In this document: piece by piece, positions 48,474-56,979 of the stretch | Layout of the letters: each line of letters begins with the position of its first letter | How positions within the stretch are numbered: the stretch's first letter is position 1 | Assembly (NCBI GenBank): GCA_013360215.1 | Contig: JABWCP010000005.1 | Location: 124,001-188,000 of the forward strand | DNA length: 64,000 bases | From: a bacterium | GTDB taxonomy: Bacteria > CLD3 > SB21 | Direction: 5' to 3' | Made by a program: the position numbers and the translations under genes | Notes under the pieces: model-generated | Told to the model about the DNA's origin: nothing | Seen by the model: only the letters and a program-made list of their open reading frames with translations | Databases searched by the model: none

Positions 48474-50783
48474 TTATTTCATTGATCGTAAAACTATCGT
48501 TGTCTTATTAGCCGTTTGTTCTACGATTACTTCATCAACGAGTTTTTGTATGGCACCAATACGCCGCGCACGGACCGCTTTGCCTTCGGCTTGATCTGAT
48601 CCTTCCGAAATCCTCGCCATATTCCAAAGTGCATTGTTATCCTGATCCGTGATTCGCACTTCGACGCCGTCATCCCACGCTTCGGTTTCGACATGAATCG
48701 ACTTCTTCAGTTCAGACGGCTTGGTACTCCGGGCAGCATAGGTTATCGTTTCGCGGCAAGCGGATAGCATGGACTTGATTTTTTCCGATTCAAAACCACG
48801 ATTCGCCATCATCGTTTGGATCTTATTTTCCGTGTCAAATTCTACATCCGACCCTGGTGTAAATATGAAATGCTCTTTAACGCTTTCACGGCGAGCTATT
48901 TTTAATATGACGGCGTCACTATGTTTCGAATCCATCGCTGTGTTATGAATTTTCTCCGGCCCATCGGTCATCGTGTCGGGCGAAATTCCATTGCTGTGTA
49001 AAAACATAGTTTCACCCGTAGCCAATACAAATGTCGTGGTTTCAAAAGAACCAAGCCATTGAGGCATACCCAGAGCTCTACCGCGTATAGCGATAGATTG
49101 CGTTTGATCCTTTTTTTGCAAAACAGGGTATTCCGACCCCGCATTGATCAACCGTACTCGATGGTCGTGGGTATTGATGATTCCGACACCAAGCGCTATC
49201 GTTCGCGTATCGGTATCCCGATGTTTCATAAAATCCGTTTCAAGTTCGTTCATCCATCGCAAAGGGTCTTGCAGAAGCAAATCACTGCGTTTCCAATACG
49301 CACTCAGCAATCCCTTCATCAGTGCAGCATAAAACGAACCGATGGCGCCTTTACCGGCAGGATCAGCGATAGCAAAAGCAACAAACCCCGGTTGCGGTTC
49401 GGTTATATCGTAAAATTTTCCGTTGTACTCTTGAGCTATCACTAAACGACCATTGATCGTCAGACCGCGCGTTATTAACGGCGATGACCGAAGAGTACCG
49501 CCTTGGATTTTTTTTACAACATTGGATTGAGTCTTCAATTCCGATTGTACATCAGACCATGCACGTTGAACGGATTCGGTTTGTATCGTACTTTCCTTTA
49601 GGGATTTTACCATGTTTGCTATAGCGCGATGAAGAGCGCCGATCTCATCTTGTGGATCAGAGGAAGATTCGCGAAGTGTATGCGTTTGATCACCGGACGC
49701 AACGATCTGAACATCGTCTGCCAACCGACTCAAGGGTAAAAGAATAGTACGACTGAGATACCAACTCAACAAAACTCCGGTCAAAAATCCAAATACGGCC
49801 GAAAAAATCAGTACACGTATCAATGCCGATTCGGCGTATGCCATATTAGGAAAGGCCGTATTCCATACCTGCAAAAAAACCACCGACCAGTTATCACTGC
49901 GTAGCGGGTATCGCGCAAAAAAAATCTGTTCTACGGAATTACGCCCATATCCTTCGTTTTTTATTCCGCGTATTATGTTTTCATTCCATTGTTTTTCGTT
50001 GGTCGCGATGATCTCATTATCATGCAGCAAAAAAACAGATACGCCCGGCATGGATTGTTTTATTTCAAGCAGCCAAGCATTCGTTCTGATATAGAGTAAA
50101 ATATAACGCTTTTGCCCTTCTGCGGTTTCGAGAGGTATAAAATATTTGAGGGTGTGCCACACAGGGGCTTTATTACCATCGCTTATAGGCTGGAATGACG
50201 GTTCGACGAATGCCGGATTGGGCAAATTACGAACGGGATAGTTTTCTTTGTATCCGGTTGATATCGGTTCAGACAAAAGACTTACACCCTGATCGTCCAG
50301 GAGATAAACTGAAAAATAATCTTCGGAATGATGTCTAAGGAATTCGGCTAATATACCCGGTTGCCTCCAAAACGGTTCCGCAGTAAGTCGTTTCCTCAAA
50401 AACTCGCCTTGTTCGGTATGTTTCATAAAACGATTGTTTAAGTTGGCCCGATAGGACGCCAGACGATCAAGGTTGGCCGACAAATCCGCTTCCTGTATCA
50501 CGTGATCGATATGGCCGCGAAAAAGATAACCTACGATTACAAAACAAAATGTCATAGCGATAATGATTACGGAACTCATGCGCCGTGCGATACGTGCTGT
50601 TTTAGTAAAATATAACAGCGCCAGCACACAAAAGGTCGTACCGGTTATACCTGCCAAAACTAAATACAATACACGATCTTCTTCCGCCCAACGAAAAAGA
50701 AAATACACGACACCGGCGAAAAGCAGTAACTGAGAGATTGCAACACGGAAACGGTTTGTCCACCTTGCAGGAAAGGTCATCAT
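48474..50783 (-). CDS. Membrane sensor: TM, extracytoplasmic domain, HAMP, SpoIIE/PP2C-like and RsbW-like HATPase domains (degenerate)
   Basis: PLSRLA...DEIGAL HAMP; AIADPAGKG and INAGS.YP PP2C remnants; C-terminal KLVDEV...TTIVL anti-sigma-like domain. Confidence 0.75.
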   Translation of the reverse strand: MMTFPARWTNRFRVAISQLLLFAGVVYFLFRWAEEDRVLYLVLAGITGTTFCVLALLYFTKTARIARRMSSVIIIAMTFCFVIVGYLFRGHIDHVIQEADLSANLDRLASYRANLNNRFMKHTEQGEFLRKRLTAEPFWRQPGILAEFLRHHSEDYFSVYLLDDQGVSLLSEPISTGYKENYPVRNLPNPAFVEPSFQPISDGNKAPVWHTLKYFIPLETAEGQKRYILLYIRTNAWLLEIKQSMPGVSVFLLHDNEIIATNEKQWNENIIRGIKNEGYGRNSVEQIFFARYPLRSDNWSVVFLQVWNTAFPNMAYAESALIRVLIFSAVFGFLTGVLLSWYLSRTILLPLSRLADDVQIVASGDQTHTLRESSSDPQDEIGALHRAIANMVKSLKESTIQTESVQRAWSDVQSELKTQSNVVKKIQGGTLRSSPLITRGLTINGRLVIAQEYNGKFYDITEPQPGFVAFAIADPAGKGAIGSFYAALMKGLLSAYWKRSDLLLQDPLRWMNELETDFMKHRDTDTRTIALGVGIINTHDHRVRLINAGSEYPVLQKKDQTQSIAIRGRALGMPQWLGSFETTTFVLATGETMFLHSNGISPDTMTDGPEKIHNTAMDSKHSDAVILKIARRESVKEHFIFTPGSDVEFDTENKIQTMMANRGFESEKIKSMLSACRETITYAARSTKPSELKKSIHVETEAWDDGVEVRITDQDNNALWNMARISEGSDQAEGKAVRARRIGAIQKLVDEVIVEQTANKTTIVLRSMK

Positions 50784-51000
50784 TGCGGAATATTCCTCTT
50801 TATAAAAGCAACGTACACAATCCGTTTCTGTAATTCAACTTGGGATATTGATGCTAGCCATAGCGATGCTTGAACAAATTAAAACACGTGCTACTGATAT
50901 GCTCTGCGAAGATTAATATGCAGTATGATTTTTCGTTGGCAACACATAAAATAAAAAACCAATAAACTTCTTTGTTCATTGGTTTTTATTATTTTCGACG

Positions 51001-51074
51001 TGGAGCTGAGGGGGATCGAACCCCTGACCTCATCATTGCGAACGATGCGCTCTCCCAAGCTGAGCTACAGCCCC
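51001..51074 (-). tRNA. tRNA-Ala(CGC)
   Basis: GGGGCTG/CAGCTCC acceptor with G3:U70, CATCG-TTCGCAA-TGATG anticodon arm, GTTCGATC T-loop. CCA not encoded. Confidence 0.95.
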
Positions 51075-51076
51075 AA

Positions 51077-51440
51077 TACAAAACAATTTCAAAGTTACAT
51101 TTAAAATTTACCAGATCGAACCACTGACCTTCCCGCCTTCAAGCGGGACGCTCTCCTCACGCCCACGGCGTGAAACTACAGCCCCGATACAAAAAGCGGG
51201 ACGCTCTCCTCACGCCCACGGCGTGAAACTACAGCCCCGATACAAAACAATTTCAAAGTTACATTTAAAATTTACCAGATCGAACCACTGACCTTCCCGC
51301 CTTCAAGCGGGACGCTCTCCTCACGCCCACGGCGTGAAGCTACAACTGCATTGCAAAAAAATTTCAAAGAAATTTACCAACTAAACCCACTCAACATCCT
51401 GCTTTCGCATCGGGATGTCCTCTAAATCTGAACTAAAGTC
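51077..51440 (-). repeat. Tandem array of truncated, hairpin-substituted tRNA-Ala-like units
   Basis: 51077-51174 recurs at 51241-51338 (offset 164). A 53-nt block is duplicated in tandem (51141 and 51194). A more degenerate copy lies at about 51360-51440. Confidence 0.85.
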
Positions 51441-51486
51441 AAAAAAACTATTTTAAAAACGATAACTTATTATTCAACGATGGCGC

Positions 51487-51515
51487 AATCTAAATGACGG
51501 CATGTAAAAATACAA
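51487..51515 (-). promoter_or_regulatory. Putative stable-RNA-type promoter upstream of the tRNA-like array and tRNA-Ala
   Basis: Minus strand TTGTAT-17 nt-TAGATT followed by GC-rich GCGCCA. Confidence 0.5.
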
Positions 51516-51522
51516 TGAATTT

Positions 51523-52095
51523 TTACAGCTTGGAGAAATACTCATGCCGCAACAAACTGTATAAGTAATGATCCACCCGTCGACCTTGGATATCAAAATA
51601 TTCACGCATAATACCCTCGCGATGAAAACCCAATCGCTCCAGCAAACGTGAAGATGCCATATTTTCGACAGAACATTTGGCCTCAACCCGGTACAAACGG
51701 GCTTCGTAAAATATTTTTTTCAACACAAGCCGTATCGCTTCCGTCCCGTAACCGCGCCCCTGAAAAACGGTCGCAATACTGTATCCGATTTCACCGATTT
51801 CGTGTTCCCAAGAACGTATCGTCAACGTAATCCAACCGATGGGTATACGATCTTCTGTTTTTTCTATGATCCACTGAAACCGTTCACGGTTATAATCGGG
51901 TAAAACATTGGACTGCGAACGTAACAAATCCTGCTCTATCGTATCCACGGTGACCGTACGCAATGGCTGATGCGCTCTTACCGTGGCCTCATTGCGCCAT
52001 ATCACCATCGTCGCCGCATCTTCCGGATAAGGATCGCGCAATACTAAGCGTCCTGACTCACTTTGTGAAGGGGCATGTTCTGCAAAATCAATCAT
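51523..52095 (-). CDS. RimJ/RimL-family GNAT acetyltransferase
   Basis: RLVLR, GEIGY, QGRGYGTEA, N.AS.RLLERLGF.REG. Confidence 0.9.
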   Translation of the reverse strand: MIDFAEHAPSQSESGRLVLRDPYPEDAATMVIWRNEATVRAHQPLRTVTVDTIEQDLLRSQSNVLPDYNRERFQWIIEKTEDRIPIGWITLTIRSWEHEIGEIGYSIATVFQGRGYGTEAIRLVLKKIFYEARLYRVEAKCSVENMASSRLLERLGFHREGIMREYFDIQGRRVDHYLYSLLRHEYFSKL

Positions 52096-52249
52096 CTTTC
52101 AGTTACTCAAACCAATTTTGTAAAATGTTAATCCGTCGAAATCTAAAACGCATCAAAAAATACAATTCTATATAACTAATCGCAAGATTAAGCTTATCAA
52201 AATCACCTAAACCCATAAAAAACAGTGCGTGAAAAATCAATATTATTAC

Positions 52250-52278
52250 TTGACAAACGAAAGCTTTTAATATATATT
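52250..52278 (+). promoter_or_regulatory. Putative sigma70 promoter for rpmG
   Basis: TTGACA-17 nt-TATATT. Confidence 0.65.
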
Positions 52279-52338
52279 TCTGCCCATTTTGGATAGAATA
52301 TAATTTTATTATAAACATAGTCTTTTGGAGAGTTCGTC

Positions 52339-52524
52339 ATGGCAAAGTCTAAAGGCAATCGCATCGTGATTACGCTGGAATGCACATCCTGCAAAGACAG
52401 CGGTTTGCCCGGTATGTCCCGTTATACCACGGAAAAGAACAAAAAAAATAATACGGAACGCCTTGAAGTAAAAAAATACTGCAATGTAGAACGTAAACAT
52501 ACCCTGCACAAGGAAACCCGTTAA
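52339..52524 (+). CDS. rpmG: 50S ribosomal protein L33
   Basis: [30 protein letters not shown]...KHTLHKE; GGAG RBS. Confidence 0.95.
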   Translation: MAKSKGNRIVITLECTSCKDSGLPGMSRYTTEKNKKNNTERLEVKKYCNVERKHTLHKETR

Positions 52525-52552
52525 TAAGCATTTTTTGTAAAGGAGCTTTGCC

Positions 52553-52756
52553 ATGGCAAAGAAACAAACATTTGTTGATAAAACCGCTAAAGTCGCAGCG
52601 TATGCTGAAAAAGTAAAATGCGAAGCCTGCAAACAGGAATCTGTCGCATCGTACGCCAAATTCGTAGAATCTAAAGTATCGGAAAAAACCGGTGCATGGA
52701 AATTTTTGGAACGCAAAGTAAAACTCTGCGGTAACTGCGGCACCATGATCGCCTGA
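52553..52756 (+). CDS. Small basic Zn-ribbon protein, DUF4295/bL38-like
   Basis: MAKK start, SEKTGAWKF motif, CEAC and CGNC, AAGGAG RBS, directly after rpmG. Confidence 0.65.
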   Translation: MAKKQTFVDKTAKVAAYAEKVKCEACKQESVASYAKFVESKVSEKTGAWKFLERKVKLCGNCGTMIA

Positions 52757-52776
52757 TCTATTCAAATTTAGTTTTT

Positions 52777-52814
52777 AAAAGCCCGTATCGGTTGACGATA
52801 TGGGCTTTTTTTTT
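52777..52814 (+). terminator. Intrinsic terminator of the rpmG operon
   Basis: AAAAGCCCGTATCG-GTTGA-CGATATGGGCTTTTTTTTT. Confidence 0.85.
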
Positions 52815-52929
52815 AATGCATTGCCGGGTATTTTACTTGCCATTCCTTATACGGCGATCTATATTTTGATGCACATCACATAATTTTATTTTCAATCAAC
52901 GGTCTTGTACATCAAACAACGAGGTTTAT

Positions 52930-53754
52930 GTGAATTCAGGACTCGCCCGCATCGTGGTCGCGATTGTAGCTTTGCCTTTTGTCATCGCCGCCATCATTTA
53001 CGGTTCTTGGTATTTTTTTGCACTGATGGGTACTATACTGCTCATCGGCATATCCGAAATGCTAAATCTGCTTCGCCACAAAAACAGTAAACCGCAAACT
53101 TTCGCTGCTTTTCTTTGGGGATTGATTTTTCTAGGACTCACGTTTTTCGGTAAAACCGAGCTATTATTACCCGCCTTTTTTATGTTTGCAATATTTGTCA
53201 TGACTGTGGAATTGTTTCGTAACACCGGCTCGGATATGATGAATATGGCGGCCACATGGATGACCGTTTTTTATCCGTCGTTATTGATCGGATCGATGAT
53301 TTTACTCCGTAATACCGGCGGCGCGGAGAGTCATAGCGGCGCTCAATTAGTGTTTTTGGTTTTTTTGAGCATTTGGGCATGCGATACATTTGCGTATTAT
53401 GGTGGCCGAATGATGGGTAAAAATATATTTTTCGAAAGGGTCAGCCCTAAAAAAACATGGGAAGGCGCCATTACCGGTTTTTTTGGTGCATTGATCGGCG
53501 TATGGCTCGTACGCTACGTATATCTGACGCTTGACATCCCTTTCATTATGAGTTTGCCGCAAACATTGGTAATCGGTTTTTTGGGCGGTACATTCGGACA
53601 GATCGGTGATCTTGCCGAATCTTTGATCAAACGGGATGCCGGCGTCAAAGACAGTGGCGCTCTGCTTCCCGGGCACGGAGGCATTCTGGATCGGTTTGAC
53701 AGTATGATGTTTGTCGCACCGCTCACCTATGTTTATGTCACTTATTTTGTTTAA
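52930..53754 (+). CDS. cdsA: Phosphatidate cytidylyltransferase
   Basis: DTFAY..G, SPKKTWEG, GDLAES.IKR.AGVKDSG..LPGHGGILDRFDS. Confidence 0.96.
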   Translation: MNSGLARIVVAIVALPFVIAAIIYGSWYFFALMGTILLIGISEMLNLLRHKNSKPQTFAAFLWGLIFLGLTFFGKTELLLPAFFMFAIFVMTVELFRNTGSDMMNMAATWMTVFYPSLLIGSMILLRNTGGAESHSGAQLVFLVFLSIWACDTFAYYGGRMMGKNIFFERVSPKKTWEGAITGFFGALIGVWLVRYVYLTLDIPFIMSLPQTLVIGFLGGTFGQIGDLAESLIKRDAGVKDSGALLPGHGGILDRFDSMMFVAPLTYVYVTYFV

Positions 53755-53761
53755 TAACTCT

Positions 53762-55420
53762 ATGCGCCGGTGGCTGATTGTTTTGGCGATTATCCATCTG
53801 ACGGGATGTATGCCACACACACCCTCGGACGGCGGAATAGCAACCATCGCTTTGTCATCCGATCCTGAAACGCTAAGCCCTCTTTTTGCTACGGGTACCA
53901 ATTCTTCCGCAGTGATTTATTTTTTATACCCGGACTTGGTAGAATACGACTTTAATGAAATCACCGGACGCGACACCAATCTCCCATCATTAGCAAACTC
54001 CTGGACTATTTCGGATGACTATTCTACGGTGACTTACCATTTGCATACGCATGCACACTGGCAGGACGGAAAAAAAATCACGGCGCATGATTTTGCGTAC
54101 ACTTATCGTTTGTACTTCGATCCGCAGATCGGAAGCGCAAGACGAACACGAAGCGATATCGTACAAACCCGTGACGACGGTTCGATTGATTGGGAAAATG
54201 TAATTCGCACGCCGGATGACTCCACGATCGTATTTCATTTCAAAAAAAACACGCCACATCACCGTATGACCGAATGGGCACAACAGACCCCCATTCCCAA
54301 ACACGTGCTGGATACAATCCCGCCTTCGCGTATTCGTACATCCTGGTTCAATCAGAAACCGGTGAGCGGAAAACATTTTATCTTGGAACGATGGGAACGA
54401 AAACAAAACCTGATTCTCAAACGCAATTCGGAATGGACGATACCCGACAAAGCACATCTTGATCAGATAGTGTTTCGTATTATTCCCGATATGACCACAC
54501 GCCTTATCGAATTACAATCCGGACGTGTGGATGTCGTCGAAGGTGTTAACCCGTCCGATGCCGCCGAACTGCGCAAGCAATCCCGTTTTCGAATCGAACG
54601 TCAATCCGGGCGCCGCGTCGAATTTGTCGGATGGAATCATATTGATCCATCGCCCTATATTTCCTCCGGAACCATAAAACCGCACAAATTTTTTTCCGAT
54701 CAACGTGTACGCAAAGCTTTGAGTTACGCGATTCATCGCGCAGAGATCACACAAAATTGGTGTGGAGAATATGGTCAAATAGCATCAGGTCCCGTATCGC
54801 CGGTTTTCCGATGGGCATACAACGATCAACTCCCGGAGATGACCTACGACCCGGATTCGGCACGCATTATCCTTCAAAGTGCAGGATGGGCCGATCATGA
54901 CGGTGACGGTATTCTAGATAACAACGGAAAGCCTTTTCAATTTACGCTCACCACCAATACCGGCAATCCACGCCGCGAGTTTATCGCACAAAAAATCCAA
55001 TCGGATCTTTTGCGCATCGGCATCAAAATAGAAATCCAGATGCTTGAAACGGCGGCCTTCAATGCTGCGCTGCGTGAGCGAAAATTAGACGCATTCATCA
55101 CCGGCTACTCGGTCAACATGAATCTTGACCTGCAACCGCAATTCGGTTCCGATCTGAAAAAAAATACATTTAACGCATCAGGTTATCAAAGTGCTGAAGC
55201 GGATAGTTTACTGAATGTTATCTACAACGCAGCTGATCGTTACTCTGTAGCCGACGCTTATCGCGCATTGCAATCCGTTATTTACCGCGATCAACCTGTA
55301 ACTTTTTTATTTTGGTATGATAATTTGACTGTGTTTAATAATCGTGTCCGCGGCACACACGCAGACATCTATTCGCCATACCACCGTTTTTGGGAATGGT
55401 ATATCGAAGAAAATCCATAG
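53762..55420 (+). CDS. Peptide/nickel ABC transporter substrate-binding lipoprotein (family 5)
   Basis: Lipobox LTGC, PSLANSW, WQDG..ITA.D, RVRKAL..AI.R, AGW.D.DGDG. Start ATG 53762. Confidence 0.9.
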   Translation: MRRWLIVLAIIHLTGCMPHTPSDGGIATIALSSDPETLSPLFATGTNSSAVIYFLYPDLVEYDFNEITGRDTNLPSLANSWTISDDYSTVTYHLHTHAHWQDGKKITAHDFAYTYRLYFDPQIGSARRTRSDIVQTRDDGSIDWENVIRTPDDSTIVFHFKKNTPHHRMTEWAQQTPIPKHVLDTIPPSRIRTSWFNQKPVSGKHFILERWERKQNLILKRNSEWTIPDKAHLDQIVFRIIPDMTTRLIELQSGRVDVVEGVNPSDAAELRKQSRFRIERQSGRRVEFVGWNHIDPSPYISSGTIKPHKFFSDQRVRKALSYAIHRAEITQNWCGEYGQIASGPVSPVFRWAYNDQLPEMTYDPDSARIILQSAGWADHDGDGILDNNGKPFQFTLTTNTGNPRREFIAQKIQSDLLRIGIKIEIQMLETAAFNAALRERKLDAFITGYSVNMNLDLQPQFGSDLKKNTFNASGYQSAEADSLLNVIYNAADRYSVADAYRALQSVIYRDQPVTFLFWYDNLTVFNNRVRGTHADIYSPYHRFWEWYIEENP

Positions 55421-55424
55421 CTGT

Positions 55425-56408
55425 ATGTTGAGATTTATATTAAAACGCGTGCGCACGGCGATCCCGATGATTTTCGGATTGCTCACGGTGACTTTTTTTT
55501 TAATACGATTAGCGCCCGGCGATCCGACATCACTTTTTATTGATCCATCGATAGATCCGCAAGCGGCTGCTCAACTTAAAGAAAACCTCGGCCTTAATGA
55601 TCCTTTACCCGTTCAATACGGAAAATGGCTGGGTGTCATACCGCCGTTTGAAGGTTTATTGCAAGGCGAACTGGGTATTTCATTTAGCAAACAAATACCC
55701 GTTGTAGAAGTGATTTCGGAAGCACTAATCAATACGCTGATCCTAACCGTTGCTGCTTTGATTGTGGATATTCTTGTCGGCGTCGGGCTCGGCGTTATAT
55801 CGGCGTTACGCAGGGGTACGGCTTTTGACCGAATGACAACTGTCGTAGGTTTATTTTTTTATTCGATGCCGCATTTTTGGTTGGCGCTGGTTTTGATTAT
55901 GATTTTTTCACTTTATTTGGGCTGGTTCCCGGCTTCGCAAATGCATAGCATCGGTTACGAAGTGTGGCCTTTCTGGACACGCGTGCAGGATTTGCTGGCG
56001 CACATGGTGTTACCGGTTTTTGTGTTGGGGATTGCTTCTGCCGCTTCGACGATTCGTTATGTGCGCAGTAGTATGTTGGAAGTTTTGCAGCAGGACTATA
56101 TCCGCACGGCGCGTGCCAAAGGATTGCCGGAGTCTACGGTGATATGGAAACACGGTTTACGCAACGCATTGTTACCTTTGATCACGATCATCGGATTATC
56201 GTTTCCATTTTTACTGGCGGGCGCTGTCGTTACGGAAGTTGTTTTTGCGTGGCCGGGGATGGGACGGGTTATTATTGATGCGATTTTTGCACGGGATTAT
56301 CCGCTGATCATCGCCAACACCATGATGGCCGGCGTATTAGTTATCCTGGGAAATCTTTTAGCTGATATATTGTATGCAGTAGCCGACCCGCGTGCACGTG
56401 CGGAATAA
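55425..56408 (+). CDS. Peptide ABC transporter permease (DppB/OppB-like)
   Basis: APGDP, DYIRTARAKGL, H.LRNALLP, E.VF.WPGMG, RDYP, DPR. Start ATG 55425. Confidence 0.93.
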   Translation: MLRFILKRVRTAIPMIFGLLTVTFFLIRLAPGDPTSLFIDPSIDPQAAAQLKENLGLNDPLPVQYGKWLGVIPPFEGLLQGELGISFSKQIPVVEVISEALINTLILTVAALIVDILVGVGLGVISALRRGTAFDRMTTVVGLFFYSMPHFWLALVLIMIFSLYLGWFPASQMHSIGYEVWPFWTRVQDLLAHMVLPVFVLGIASAASTIRYVRSSMLEVLQQDYIRTARAKGLPESTVIWKHGLRNALLPLITIIGLSFPFLLAGAVVTEVVFAWPGMGRVIIDAIFARDYPLIIANTMMAGVLVILGNLLADILYAVADPRARAE

Positions 56409-56415
56409 TATTGCT

Positions 56416-56979
56416 TTAGTGTGCGGTACCCAAAGCCTGAAGTTTTAATGCGATGACTTCCGCTAAATTGGCCGCCTCCATATTCGGAGCAAACGTATCA
56501 TCCAATGCCTGAATTCTGTTAACCGCCCCCGGATAATTTCCCAACTGATAATAACAGCTGGCCTGAACCCATATCAGATCTTTATGTGTCACGCTGCGAT
56601 CAAGCGAGAGTTTGAACTCCGGTTTTTTTCGCAACACAAAGGCCGTTTTATCCAATGACTGCAAAAGACTCCCGGAACCCCACAGCGTAACACTCCAACC
56701 GGCATATCCGTCCGGTATCGAATCCAAAGCTGCTTCTGAAAAATATACATTCGCCGTATTCAGATCGTTGAGTCGCATCGCGGACCAACCCGCACCAACA
56801 CGCGCCGTCGAACCTTCGGTCGCGATCAAACTTTCATAACGACTTAGTGCTTCTTCATAATCACCGTCTTCAAACAACTGTTGCGCCTTTTCGATAGCCG
56901 TTTCATCTTTGGACGGGCAACCTGTAATCCAAAAAACGGAAACCAATAAAATCAAATAGCGGATAGATAAAGTTTTCAT
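56416..56979 (-). CDS. TPR-like lipoprotein
   Basis: Lipobox-like ITGC; helical TPR-like units (GDYEEA, GNYPGA). Confidence 0.65.
   Translation of the reverse strand: MKTLSIRYLILLVSVFWITGCPSKDETAIEKAQQLFEDGDYEEALSRYESLIATEGSTARVGAGWSAMRLNDLNTANVYFSEAALDSIPDGYAGWSVTLWGSGSLLQSLDKTAFVLRKKPEFKLSLDRSVTHKDLIWVQASCYYQLGNYPGAVNRIQALDDTFAPNMEAANLAEVIALKLQALGTAH

Noticed and set aside
51114-51185. Functional extra tRNA gene
   Set aside because: No 3' acceptor strand or 3' T-stem strand, and no 7-nt anticodon loop.
51077-51440. Repeat array as a CRISPR
   Set aside because: The intervening sequences are identical rather than unique, the repeats derive from tRNA-Ala, and no cas genes are present.
51001-51440. 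tRNA duplication as an attL/attR of an integrated element
   Set aside because: The copies are adjacent with no cargo between them, they lack the tRNA 3' end, and no integrase lies in the window.
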